From Setoptus koraiensis (taxonomy: Eukaryota > Animalia > Arthropoda): a DNA stretch of 64,000 nt. The notes below the pieces were generated by a model. It searched no databases. It saw only the letters and a list, made by a program, of their open reading frames with translations, and had not been told where the DNA came from. Location: positions 3,348,001 to 3,412,000 of the forward strand of contig CM106585.1 in the NCBI GenBank assembly GCA_048013815.1, in the 5' to 3' direction. The position numbers and the translations under genes are program-made. Below, piece after piece: positions 1 through 10,886 of the stretch; the stretch's first letter is position 1; the number at the start of each line of letters is the position of its first letter.

Positions 1-80
1 ACATTTTCGCCCTCCTGAGCTTGTGGTCCTAGTTGAACAACTGGTGCATCCTCTGTTTTCTTTCCCTTTCTTGGAGCCAT
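1..80 (-). CDS. RpS14: 40S ribosomal protein S14 (uS11), N-terminal part, truncated by the window edge
   Basis: Minus-strand ATG at 80 reads MAPRKGKKTEDAPVVQLGPQAQEGENV, matching the conserved eukaryotic RPS14 N-terminus (MAPRKGK...LGPQV.EGENVFG). Too short for the ORF track. Confidence 0.9.
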   Translation of the reverse strand, partial: MAPRKGKKTEDAPVVQLGPQAQEGEN

Positions 81-2644
81 TATTCCAAAGTTTTGATGGA
101 GATTGAATTATCTTGTGTTGCCAATACAATTTTATCAATTGTAATTAAATTATTTAATAGAAGAAGTATGTATTGTATGCAATAATACAAGTCGATTGGG
201 TTCACCACTCGATCTATCTATCTCACTCTAGCCAGCATTCGCTCACTCAAATGCAGGGTGGTTCATGAAACAAGGCAAGCAACGAACACATTGTGCAGCA
301 CACGAGCACAGAACATGCAACCGTGCACCCGGTGCAGTTGATCGCTGCAGGATGGGCGCGCACCTCTCAACTAAGCAGATTCGAGCTGACTCTAGCCGTG
401 CTCACTCTTTACTGGTGCACACCCTGTGCCTGCACCGACTCCACAATGAATTGTCGAAGCCGGTTTTGATACAATAGTACACTGAACTAAGTTGATTGTG
501 ACACCTTGTACGCCGATACACCACAGCAGTGTGCTCCATACAGTGAGTGTGTGCGGCAATCGGTTCTTCCGTCTGTCTCATTCCAATACCGTAATGACCA
601 TACTGCGTTCACGAGAAAGCGCACTATTTAAATATTTTTTTGCAGGCTGCAGGAACTCGATTTTTCCCTAACTGCAGGACTCCATGACAGAATCTGTAGC
701 TTCGCACCAAGTTTCTGCCGTACAATGTATCACTATCCAAATTATCTCTTCGAAGTTTGCAAGGGGACAATCCGACAAAAAAAAACTTTGTGGGTCCGTT
801 CAGCGAAGTTGTTTTCAGTCTCTACTCTCATGGATGTTACTCTTCGCCCTAATTGAGAGTTCATGCAGAATAAATTATCATGACAGATGGGTCGCTGGGG
901 TGCTAAAACAAAAAGCCCGACTGGTATGCATGATCGGTAGCGATGGTTTGCATACAGGTCTAACCAGACTCGACTGGTCGACCCGGTTCACTTTCCATTA
1001 ATCATTCAGGCGGTTGCACTCAACAGATTTGCAGGCGTTGAACGGCATGCAAGGCCTATTGATTAGGAGCTTCTATTTGTAAGATCGGAACTATGTATGT
1101 GAGCGTTTATTCTATATATGTGTGGCACTGACTGTAAGGGTTACTATGGGCAAATTTCAAGAGACCTTCACCCATAAGCAATAAAACAGCAACAAAATGT
1201 GCAACCACTACCTCTTTGCACTCTGTTTACTTAAGATATACAAGCAAACAGAGTAAACGTCTGAGACCGATGACTATCGGTGTCTTCGATCTCACACAGC
1301 TAAATTGATAGAGTTAACGTTGGAAAGTCAATACACATATTGGACGTGATATAGATGTTGTAAATTCATAGGCACGATACGACCAGAATATTTCACAACC
1401 GAGCTTGGCGATATAACGTGACACTGTTGCAATCTCATTCTGGGACACATAAGGTATGTATGTACCTCGATAGTAGAACGTGATTATGAAGATTGCAAGT
1501 GTTTCGAAAGTGAATCCACCAGTGAAAAAGTTTCGTGCCACAAAATCTACTTAAAGTTCCACCAGGAGCGCTGACGGCGAGTTGCAAATGCACAAGCAAG
1601 CCAGGAGTGTTCCATTAGAGATTTACGGTTTTTTTTCTCTAATTGATACCTTTTTGGTGCATCGCGCTTTGGGCATACACGCGATTCTCGCCACGAGAGG
1701 TGCGCTGCTTGTTGCTTGATTCATCATCCTGCAAACAGTCAGTACATCGTGTAGTAATCATTTAGATACATTGAGAGATGCAATGCTAACCACTTACATA
1801 ATAAAAGTTATGTATTGCATGCGAAAATCCATTTAGCGCCGCCCTGGCGGATTTTATTCGCACTGAATGTGTCAGCATTAGAAAAAGCGCACACAGCGAA
1901 ACTGTGACAGTATGTGGGTACAGAAAGAACAATCTAATTGTGTTTACTACGATTCAATGACAGCCCTAGCTATCTCTGTGTGTGTAGAGAGAATGTATGT
2001 GCCCTAAATGGTGCATGTTTTATTTGCATCATGAATTCTACCCACTGTTTGTAACATGCTGTGCAAAGAAGATCATGCGCTTGCGCAAAATGGGAGTTTG
2101 TGCATTTGCCCAAAGCCGCACCTTAGAAACGGAGCATTGCTTCAACTGTAACTTGAACGCTATTGTTGTTGATGTCACCGTACCACTGATGAAAATTGTA
2201 ATAAATACTCCCAATTTTTGCAATCTTAACCATTGTTCGAATACGTGTGACGAATGTTGTAATGTTGACGCAATGCTAACCATGATCAATCAAAACAAAG
2301 GAAGAAGGAAAAAAAATTATTCAGTCTACGCATCTCGCATCACCATGAATTGAGTTTTTACATGTGCTGACAAACTGTGCGTTTGCGGCCTTCTCATGCG
2401 AAATCGACAAACTTTGCGCGCTTTCGTTGCACAGGGTGTTTTATTTTGATGTGGGCACTATTAAGTGTGTGTGTCTGTTTGTGGATGTATGTGTGTATGC
2501 TTGTGTGTGGGTATCACAGGGTATTTGTCTAAGGGAGTGAAATAGTCAACAATAGTGTATTACTGATTGTAAATATTGCCTTGGAATGAGGTGGTTTCTC
2601 CCTCTTTATTATTACATTATAATCAGACCCAACAATTAAGAACC

Positions 2645-3265
2645 ATGGCAAAGAAAACATATGACCTACTATTTAAATTATTGCTCATCGGTGATTCGGG
2701 CGTCGGGAAGACCTCGATATTGTTTCGATTCTCAGACGATGCCTTCACACCAACATTTATATCCACCATCGGCATTGATTTCAAAATTAAAACAATAGAA
2801 TTAAGAGGCAAAAGAATCAAGCTTCAGATTTGGGACACCGCGGGACAAGAGAGATTTCACACAATCACAACCTCTTATTACAGAGGCGCCATGGGAATCA
2901 TGCTTGTTTATGATATTACAAATGCCAAGTCTTTTGACAATATTCAAAAATGGCTGAGAAATATAGATGAGCATGCCAATGAGGATGTTGAGAAAATGAT
3001 AGTTGGTAATAAGTGTGACATGGAGGATCGTCGTATTATAACTAAAGAAAAGGGTGAGGCTATAGCCAGAGAACATGGTATTAGATTTATGGAAACATCC
3101 GCTAGTTCCAATATTAATGTTGAGAGGGCATTCATGGAGTTAGCTAAGGCCATATTAGACAATCAGACGGCCGATCAAGAAAGACAGGACAGTCAGGACA
3201 GAGTGAACATAGCCCGTTCCGAGCATCAAAAAAGTACTCTTACTAGTAGGTGTTGTAGTATGTGA
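2645..3265 (+). CDS. Rab10: Ras-related small GTPase Rab10, intronless (206 aa)
   Basis: [59 protein letters not shown]-terminal CC prenylation motif (RCCSM). FHTITTSYY and EHANEDVE distinguish Rab10 from Rab8. Start placed at ATG 2645, not the upstream near-cognate start of the ORF track. Confidence 0.95.
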   Translation: MAKKTYDLLFKLLLIGDSGVGKTSILFRFSDDAFTPTFISTIGIDFKIKTIELRGKRIKLQIWDTAGQERFHTITTSYYRGAMGIMLVYDITNAKSFDNIQKWLRNIDEHANEDVEKMIVGNKCDMEDRRIITKEKGEAIAREHGIRFMETSASSNINVERAFMELAKAILDNQTADQERQDSQDRVNIARSEHQKSTLTSRCCSM

Positions 3266-3611
3266 ATTATATATATATAAATAATTATTTAACAATATGT
3301 ATATATCTATATACAATGAATAAAAGCTAAACATACGAAAAAAATTAAACATCACTCCACGATCATTGGAGAGAGGAGGATTTTTACCCTGATGGAGCTA
3401 GAATCAGTCACATTAGTTCATATCACTGTTACATCATTTTTCTTTGAATCTAGCGCGCTCCTCAGCTTCGCACAATGAATTTCTGTGGTAGGTCCATGTG
3501 CGTTTTCGAACCATTGTTGTTCAATCGAATCATCGTTTTAAAAAGAGACACTCTCGTTCCTGTCCAATTGTAACATTTAAATCGATATTTGATTTACCAT
3601 ATATCGGAGTC

Positions 3612-3887
3612 ATGGAACGATCTAATGATGACACATTCGAGGAAGAAACCGTCATGGAAAGGATCATGGGTCTGAGGGAAATGTTTCCAGATCCCGTAAG
3701 AAATCTAGTCGGAACGATTCCCGGCCTCACAAAGAAAATTTTCTCTTCAACAAGGTTTATTGTATGGACTCTGTGTAGCACAGCCACAATTGCTGTATTG
3801 CCCATATCTTTTGAAATAGAGAGAGCTGAATATGAACGGCAACAGAAAAACCAAGAGAGAAACCTGATTTTTGGACCAGAAAGTTGA
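3612..3887 (+). CDS. Tom22: Mitochondrial import receptor subunit TOM22 (91 aa), intronless
   Basis: ET..ERI.GL.EMFP motif, one hydrophobic segment ending in LPISFE, then Q-rich tail with IFGP, as in TOM22 (ETL.ERL.GL.EMFP...LPVVFE...ILLGP). ATG at 3612; AATAAA near 3917. Confidence 0.85.
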   Translation: MERSNDDTFEEETVMERIMGLREMFPDPVRNLVGTIPGLTKKIFSSTRFIVWTLCSTATIAVLPISFEIERAEYERQQKNQERNLIFGPES

Positions 3888-4266
3888 TCACTATACAAAT
3901 AACCAGCCACTGCTTAATAAAATGCTGACTGTCAGCAAATTGCGTTAGCCAAAGTTCATTCTAGCTCGGGGTCATTGAAGCAACCAGTAGCGTCGGATTT
4001 CTGAAAAGAATTTGCATGGTAATCTTCTTTATAAGATGTATTACCAATATTTTTCATCATTTGTTTTCCTTTCAAATCGAGCGCCAAAAAATGCGTGCAC
4101 TTTTCATTGTTGTACCATCGATGCAGTACCAATTATTTACATGTAAAACGTCTTTTTAGTACCCATTTTTTATTTCTTCTTCGTTTGCACTCATCTGGTG
4201 AAATAAATCCACTCCATCCGATTTTAGTGAATTCAATCCTATCTCTATTCACTAACAAGCTGTAAG

Positions 4267-5127
4267 ATGGTGGTTGCTTCGGAAATTCAGGAACGGGACG
4301 AAGCTACAGTTAAAGATGCTCGTTCCAAGCTATCGGACGTGCTAGCAAACATAAGGAGCGGAAAAATAGAAGAGGAGTACGACTACGATGAAGGCGACGA
4401 CAACGATCAAGATTTCCATTCTCCTCCTCAAAAGAGGAGACACACAGCAAATTATGTTGCCATGTCGGGTATCCAGAGACGTACAAGGTCCACAGAGGAA
4501 TCCGCGGCTAGTAAATCATTCAGTGTTGCCCCTGTATCAACTCCTCAAACCACCGCTGCCAAGCCATCTACATTTGTACTAAAATTATTTGATCGAACCG
4601 TTGATCTTGCTCAGTTTAGCCACGCAGATGCCAATGAAGACGCCCCCTTATATCCCGTCTGTAGAGCATGGGTTCACAGTCAACAAGCTAACCAAGACAC
4701 ACGAACGTCCAGGAATAAGCTATTGATTTATCCTCCCAATCAGGATAGTAGCCAAGATGCTAGTGGCGTTCACACAATCTATCGTTTGCCTAAACCGATG
4801 GACAATAAAACCGTTCTTCGCTTGTTGAATGTAGAGGAACCGACAGACACAGATGTTGAGCAAATCAATCTCAAGATACCTCAATCAGTGCGGAATTGGA
4901 AATGCGACCCTAAAGTTCGTGAGAACATAGACAAAGTTATAGACTCTAGACCAAGTAGCAATTGGTCCCATGAAGAGCGCCTGGAGGAAAATTGTCGAAG
5001 ATGGAGGCAGGTTCGTGATGAATGGCAAGCTGCTGCGAAATTAAATGAGAGTCGATACGCCAAATGCTCCAATATATTAAGGGATATATATTTGACAAAT
5101 ACTGTAAAACAAACGGATATGCAGTAG
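4267..5127 (+). CDS. LIN37: LIN37/Mip40-like MuvB (DREAM) complex subunit, intronless
   Basis: FVLKLFDRTVDLAQF...PLYPVCRAWV matches the LIN37 signature (YVIKLFDRSVDLAQF...PLYPICRAW); C-terminal RW..VR..W helix. Confidence 0.82.
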   Translation: MVVASEIQERDEATVKDARSKLSDVLANIRSGKIEEEYDYDEGDDNDQDFHSPPQKRRHTANYVAMSGIQRRTRSTEESAASKSFSVAPVSTPQTTAAKPSTFVLKLFDRTVDLAQFSHADANEDAPLYPVCRAWVHSQQANQDTRTSRNKLLIYPPNQDSSQDASGVHTIYRLPKPMDNKTVLRLLNVEEPTDTDVEQINLKIPQSVRNWKCDPKVRENIDKVIDSRPSSNWSHEERLEENCRRWRQVRDEWQAAAKLNESRYAKCSNILRDIYLTNTVKQTDMQ

Positions 5128-5136
5128 GTTAATTTA

Positions 5137-6216
5137 TTATGATTCCACAGCGTAAGCCAACTTCTTAGCTTTGAGGTTGATCATACCCAGTATTGTAATC
5201 ATTTGATTGCCGGGACCACAGGAAAATGTTATCGGACAGGTTTCCTCCTTGTATTTATCATATATTTTATGAATAATCCTCTCCCACATAACACACCTAG
5301 ATACTTGCAGTTCCAAGGCATTTCTTATATGATTTGCATTCAAATAAACTTGTGCATCAACATTTGAGTATACATCCACTTTAGGGGTCTTGATGTCTAA
5401 CTTTTCCAGTGCATTCGCGAGGACAGGACGGCATGGCCTCATTAGTTGACTATGGAAAGCTCCCGATACAGGCAGTCGTTTGCAACGCTTTATACCGAAA
5501 TTCCTAGCGTTTTTTTCAATAAACTCCAATGCAGTCTGATGACCAGCAATCACTTTACAATGGGGAAATAGATCATTAGCGATAGAGCAGACTGATTCAA
5601 ATGTACTCATACCAGTTCTGATGCAAAACTCTTGAGCAGCTTTGCAAGCAAATCCAACCTTTGCATTTGGCTCATAGAAAACAGTCATCATACCACCTGG
5701 TTGCCTTTCACTAGCCTCTTGCATGGTCTCAGATCTTATCTTTATGAATCTTAGAGCATCGACAAAACTGATAGAACCAGCTGTCACTAAGGCAGCCAGT
5801 TCGCCAAGACTGAAACCAGCCATAGCTATACAATTACCAACAGTATCGGGGTTTAGTTGTGACAATTTTTCTACAGCGGCGAGTGATGAAACAAAGACTG
5901 CAGCCTGGCAGTGAATTGTTTTATTTAGTTCATGGTCTGGGCCTTTTTGACAAAGATCGAGTATGTTGTAACCCAGAATTGAGTTGGCATGTTCAAAGAG
6001 TAATCTGGCGTTAGGACAATTTTCTATGACTTCGTTGCTGACCATTCCAACATATTGAGAGCCCTGTCCGGGGAAGAGCAAGACAGTTTGTCGATCTGAC
6101 TCAGCTGTAGACGGGACTTGAGGAGGTTGCTGTTCATTTGTAGATAGTGGTCTGATTGAGCCTCTTCTGATATTGTGCTTGAAGTACTGTCCAAGGGCTG
6201 CCCTGATCCTGATCAT
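5137..6216 (-). CDS. MCAT: Mitochondrial malonyl-CoA:ACP transacylase, intronless
   Basis: LLFPGQGSQYVGM, catalytic GFSLGE, LPVSGAFHS motifs; Arg-rich N-terminal presequence-like segment. Confidence 0.93.
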   Translation of the reverse strand: MIRIRAALGQYFKHNIRRGSIRPLSTNEQQPPQVPSTAESDRQTVLLFPGQGSQYVGMVSNEVIENCPNARLLFEHANSILGYNILDLCQKGPDHELNKTIHCQAAVFVSSLAAVEKLSQLNPDTVGNCIAMAGFSLGELAALVTAGSISFVDALRFIKIRSETMQEASERQPGGMMTVFYEPNAKVGFACKAAQEFCIRTGMSTFESVCSIANDLFPHCKVIAGHQTALEFIEKNARNFGIKRCKRLPVSGAFHSQLMRPCRPVLANALEKLDIKTPKVDVYSNVDAQVYLNANHIRNALELQVSRCVMWERIIHKIYDKYKEETCPITFSCGPGNQMITILGMINLKAKKLAYAVES

Positions 6217-6833
6217 GGTGTCTCAATAATAATAATAGTATTGCTGACGTCGATATCGGAACAATTTCTCCACTGATAAATATAAAAACGAAGCCTCCGT
6301 TACGAAGAGATAGATTCATAAGTTGCGCCTGAAAATATTCGACTACATTTGCTGCTTATGATTTGTAGCACCACGCTGTCGAAACAATAATAAAATCAGC
6401 ACCACGTGCGAATGACTTTTTCTTAGAAGTCAGTTTTTATGATGCAAAAGAATTTCCCGGACCATTGGTGAACAGAGTCAGTACTGATTCCACCGAAAAC
6501 ATCAAATTACTAGTTTTTCTGTCATAGAAACCGAAAAATAGGCTACGTCTACATTCTTCCAACTACATGTCGAAGAAGATCATCTCTATTCGAACAGTTT
6601 TACATTTCGGATCCAACAGAGAAGTGATCTAAAATGATATGAATATCCAAACCCGACTGACCGGAACGGAAAAAACCGGAGAATGTTAGTTTGAGTTGAC
6701 AAAAACCGATTTTGTATGCTTTTGATCAGCAATTCCGTTCTTCCTACTAATCACTGATTTTAATTAGCATGCCTGAGTTTTGCCGAAAATCCAAAAAGAA
6801 TTTACACCACTCATGGCCACCATGGTTTGATCC

Positions 6834-7250
6834 TCAATAACTATCGAATCTAATGTGCTAATCATTTGATTTTCGTTCTAGTTTGTCCCTATGTTTTTTG
6901 AAGTAGTCTTCGATTCCCTTCGCTTTGTCTTGTTGCTAATCGCATGTGCATTTCAATTCCTGGCCGATGTCTTCGAATTGGTCAGCAACATCAAAGCTCT
7001 TTAGCTCTAATGGCGGATATACGCTTTAAGGTAAAGCATATTTTGGAAGAGGTATAACCACTTATGCGCCTCGGCAATATCTGATGTTTCTAAGCCAGTG
7101 CCTGAATCTTGAGCTGATACATTCTCTTAGACCAATTTTCGGACACTTTGATCATTTTCCACAACATCAAAGCTCTTTTTGAGAGCCTCGTCCGATTGTT
7201 CCGCTTGCCCTAGTTCTGTTTCGAGGTTTCCTTTGGTGGTCTGACCCAGC
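6834..7250 (-). pseudogene. Inverted, 5'-truncated and internally deleted pseudogene of the secreted family at 7843/9481
   Basis: Reverse complement reads ...LGQAEQSDEALKKSFDVVENDQSVRKLV*ENVSA / HWLRNIRYC.GA / ELKSFDVADQFEDIGQELKCTCD*QQDKAKGIEDYFKKHRDKLERKSND*HIRFDSY*. This is homologous to the intact copies, with in-frame stops and a ~260-bp internal deletion. Confidence 0.82.
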
Positions 7251-7437
7251 ACATGGCCGTTGTGGTATAGTGGAAGGAACGCTCGCCCCCAGCGATAAGA
7301 TTATCGGGCCAATAAGTGATCGCGAAAGAAGTCTTTTTGCCACAGGACCATGAAGAAGGTCATTCCAATTGAGAAGGGTCCACAGACAAAGTGATCGAGA
7401 TCCACAAAGAAAAAAAATTGTCGATACTGAGCCCGGT

Positions 7438-7842
7438 GACGCGGAATCATTTCAGTTTCGAAGAACAGTTCGTTGAAATGTTTCGCGCGGCAATTTTCGA
7501 CCTTTTTGTGCATCACTGGAAAAAAAACTATTATAAAACTTGTAAATGATAATAGACTTTATTATTTCTCCGCCAGAATAGATATTTTTAGAATGAAAAT
7601 TTCCAGAAATCTTCGGAACTCACGTTCACCAGATGACAATATCGCAAAGAAAAATAGACCCTCGCTAAATGGCTATTCAGAGCGAGTAATTGAAATCTGG
7701 TACAAATATTGGTGACACTTCACTCAAGACAACCAGTAACAATATCTTAAAGATATTGTTTAATTGAGAGAAGGTAAACAGTTAAACGAATTGAATCGAA
7801 TTGTTAGCTTTAAACAATTCTTAGATACAAATTCAGATCAGG
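7438..7842 (+). repeat. Co-duplicated upstream (promoter/5' UTR) cassette, copy 1
   Basis: GACGCG..CATTTCAGTTTCGAA...TTCACCAGATGACAATATCGCAA... aligns with 9085-9480 and 11459-11678. Confidence 0.85.
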
Positions 7843-8874
7843 ATGTCAGCGCAGCAAATACTATTCTTTTTATTGATTGTCGGTGTCATTGGTTGTTTCG
7901 GGGCTCATTCTCAAGAACCATGGTTGTCATCGAGAGTTAGTTGCCAAGAAGGAATAGAATCTCTCAACTCGGTGACGGATTTCGTGAAATTCGTACAAGA
8001 GATGGAAAAAACGCCGGAACTAGATGGCCCACAGAAAACCGAACTCATCAACGACTGTTTGAACAGCTTCGACGGCGTGGAAGATGTGAGAGCTCTGTAC
8101 GAAATAGTTGAAAGTATGCCAAGGTTACATTCCGTGTGCGAAAAGAATTTTGTCAACGGATTGGTCGAATTCGAAAAACGCATCACTGGCTATAAAACTA
8201 AACCGGTGGAGACCAAAAAAGATCATGGATTGCGTCAATTTACTTCATTGCTATTCGGTCAGGTTATTCTAACCTGCAAAAGAAATCTAGAAGCAAAACT
8301 AGAGCAAGCAGAACAATCAGACGAGGCGCTCAAAAAGAGCTTCGATGTCGTGGAAAATGATCAAAGTGTGCGAAAATTGGTCGAAGAGAATGTGTCCGCC
8401 TCAGAGTTAGAGGTTGATTTACCAGAAAATCTTATTGCAGCGAGCGCTTTGCAGTCTAGACGTCATCACGAGGCAGGCAGCGTCATCCTTCAGGTGAATA
8501 CCAAAAAAGAGGCCAAACAGTTAGAGAATCTCAAGCGATCTTGCCAGTTGATCGATAGTTATGCGCAAAACGCAATCTATCCTATTGTGACCCTAGCTCA
8601 CTACGGTTTCAGAGCTGGAGACGACGGCGATGTTACAAATAACAAATTGAAGAGTAGCCCCAGAGTCAAGCACTGGCTCAAGACCATTCAATATTGCCAA
8701 GGCGCAGAATTAGTGGTACCTATTCCGTTGGAAGCTGTACCTGAAGAGTTACTTTTTCCATCAAAGCCAAAAAACTTTGATATGACTGACGAATTCGAAG
8801 ACATAAGCAGGGATCTTAAATGCACATACAAATCGCCAGAACAAAAAGATTACATCAAATTTGAAGGTTACTGA
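7843..8874 (+). CDS. Predicted secreted Cys-containing helical protein, paralogue A (343 aa), family not recognised
   Basis: Intact intronless ORF; hydrophobic N-terminal signal-like peptide MSAQQILFFLLIVGVIGCFGA; spaced Cys residues; collinear with paralogue B. Confidence 0.85.
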   Translation: MSAQQILFFLLIVGVIGCFGAHSQEPWLSSRVSCQEGIESLNSVTDFVKFVQEMEKTPELDGPQKTELINDCLNSFDGVEDVRALYEIVESMPRLHSVCEKNFVNGLVEFEKRITGYKTKPVETKKDHGLRQFTSLLFGQVILTCKRNLEAKLEQAEQSDEALKKSFDVVENDQSVRKLVEENVSASELEVDLPENLIAASALQSRRHHEAGSVILQVNTKKEAKQLENLKRSCQLIDSYAQNAIYPIVTLAHYGFRAGDDGDVTNNKLKSSPRVKHWLKTIQYCQGAELVVPIPLEAVPEELLFPSKPKNFDMTDEFEDISRDLKCTYKSPEQKDYIKFEGY

Positions 8875-9084
8875 TTGAACCATGATGATAATGAGTTGCG
8901 TAAATTCTGATTTGACTCTTCGGCAGAAAGTGAAGAAACTCGACATTTCCTTCCTGCGGTTGAGTGTTTGGCCGAAAATTGCAGTAGATATGAAGGGTGT
9001 CGAAGGAATTTTAAGTTTAGAACAGCAATAAAGATGCGCTCTCTGCATAAATTCATTTACTTGTCAGCTAGACAGGGGGTACTC

Positions 9085-9480
9085 GACGCGAAAGCATTTC
9101 AGTTTCGAAAAACAACTCGCTGAAATGTTTCACGCGGCAATTTCCAACCTTTCTGTGCATCACTGGCGAAAAAACTTTCCTAAAAAAAGAATTTTTAAAT
9201 GTTATTCCAACCAGAATAAATATTTTTAGAATGAAAATCTCCAGAAATATTTGGAATGTTGCATGTCTTGTTCACCAGATGACAATATCGCAATGAAAAA
9301 TAGGCCCTCTCTATGTGACTATTCAGAGCGAGCATTCGAAATCTTGTATAAATATTGGCGGCACTCGACTAAAAATTACCAGTACTAATATACATTCCAA
9401 AGATATTGTTTAAATGAGAGTAGATAAAACGAATTGCATTGAGTTGTTAGCTTTAGACAATTCTTAAATACAAATTCAGT
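9085..9480 (+). repeat. Co-duplicated upstream cassette, copy 2
   Basis: Aligns with 7438-7842; nearly identical to 11459-11678. Confidence 0.85.
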
Positions 9481-10572
9481 ATGTCAGCACAGCAAGTACT
9501 ATTCTTTATATTGATTGTCGGCGTCGTTGGTTGTTTTGGGGCTCATCCTCAAGGACCATGGACATCGTCGAGAGTTAGTTGCCACGCAGGATTAGAATCT
9601 CTCAACTCGGTGACGGATTTTATAAATTTCGCAAAAGAGATGGAACAAACGCCGGAACTCAACGGGGAAAAGAAAACCAAACTCCTCAACGACTGTCTGA
9701 ACAGCTACGACGGCGTTGGAGATGTTAGAGCTCTGTACGAAATAGTTCAACAAATGCCAACGGCACATTCCGTGTGCGAAAAGAGTTTCGTCAATGGATT
9801 GGTCGAATTCGACAAACGCATGACTGGCTATAAAAGTAAATCGGTGGAAACCAAAAAAGACCACGGATTGCTTCAATTTACTTCATTGCTATTCGGTCAG
9901 GTTATTCTAACCTGCAAAAGAAATCTAGAAGCAAAACTAGAGCAAGCGGAACAATCAGACGAGGCTCTCAAAAAGAGCTTCGATGTCGTGGAAAATGATC
10001 AAAGTGTGCGAAAATTGGTTGAAGAGAATGTGTCCGCCTCAGAGTTAGAGGTTGATTTACCAGAAAATCTTATTGCAGCGAGCGCCTTGCTGTTTAGACG
10101 TCATCACGAGTCAGGCAGCGTCGTTCTTCGTGTAGAAGGCAAAGAAGAGGTTGAACAATTTGAGAATCTCAAGCGATCTTGCCAGCTGATCGATAGTTAT
10201 GCGCAAAACTCAATCTATCCCATTATGACACTGGCTTTCTATGGTTTCAGAGCTGGAGATGATGGCGATGTTATAGACAACAAATTAAAGGGTAGCTCGA
10301 GGGTCAAGCACTGGCTCAAGACCATCCAATATTGCCAAGGCGCGGAATTAGTGATACCTCTTCCAAAAGATGTTGTACCTCATGAAGTGTTCTTGTCATT
10401 AGAGCCGAAGAGCTTTGATGTGGAGGACCGATTCGAAGACATTGGCCAGGATCTCAAATGCTCATGCAAATCGCAAGAACACAAGGCAAAGGGAATCAAA
10501 CGCTGGCTCAAGAAACGTGCGGACAATATAGAACGTAAGGCGAAAGATTACTGCAAATTCGAGGGTTACTAA
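9481..10572 (+). CDS. Predicted secreted Cys-containing helical protein, paralogue B (363 aa)
   Basis: Intact intronless ORF; signal-like peptide MSAQQVLFFILIVGVVGCFGA; collinear with A plus a net 20-aa basic C-terminal insertion. Confidence 0.85.
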   Translation: MSAQQVLFFILIVGVVGCFGAHPQGPWTSSRVSCHAGLESLNSVTDFINFAKEMEQTPELNGEKKTKLLNDCLNSYDGVGDVRALYEIVQQMPTAHSVCEKSFVNGLVEFDKRMTGYKSKSVETKKDHGLLQFTSLLFGQVILTCKRNLEAKLEQAEQSDEALKKSFDVVENDQSVRKLVEENVSASELEVDLPENLIAASALLFRRHHESGSVVLRVEGKEEVEQFENLKRSCQLIDSYAQNSIYPIMTLAFYGFRAGDDGDVIDNKLKGSSRVKHWLKTIQYCQGAELVIPLPKDVVPHEVFLSLEPKSFDVEDRFEDIGQDLKCSCKSQEHKAKGIKRWLKKRADNIERKAKDYCKFEGY

Positions 10573-10886
10573 TTAAACCATGATGATCATGAGCTGTGTA
10601 TTTTCTGATTTGACTCTTCGGCACAAAGTGGAGAAACTTGACATTTTCTCCCGCGGTGGAATGTTCTTCCTAATTCCGGTTGCAATTTGCAACAGATATA
10701 AAGTATTTTTGAGTTCGGAACAGAAATAAAAATGCATTGAATATAAACCGTTAGCTGTCTGCATGAATTCATTCATTTGTAAGCTATTGATTTGTCAGCT
10801 AGACAAGGGGCACCGAGGCGATATGTGTATTGTGTGTGGTAAGCTGGAGTGAGCATGATTGAGGGCGGACTGTCTATTTTGAGCGG

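Noticed and set aside
81-2644. ORFs 265-477, 684-1001, 1314-1541, 1997-2353 and a possible snoRNA/TE in the RpS14-Rab10 interval
   Set aside because: No recognisable domains; an ATGATGA C-box near 1722 (minus) has no matching D box; TACAGGGTG-like end at ~251 has no partner TIR that I could find.
2623-6319. Antisense ORFs over Rab10, Tom22, LIN37 and MCAT
   Set aside because: Shadow ORFs of real genes.
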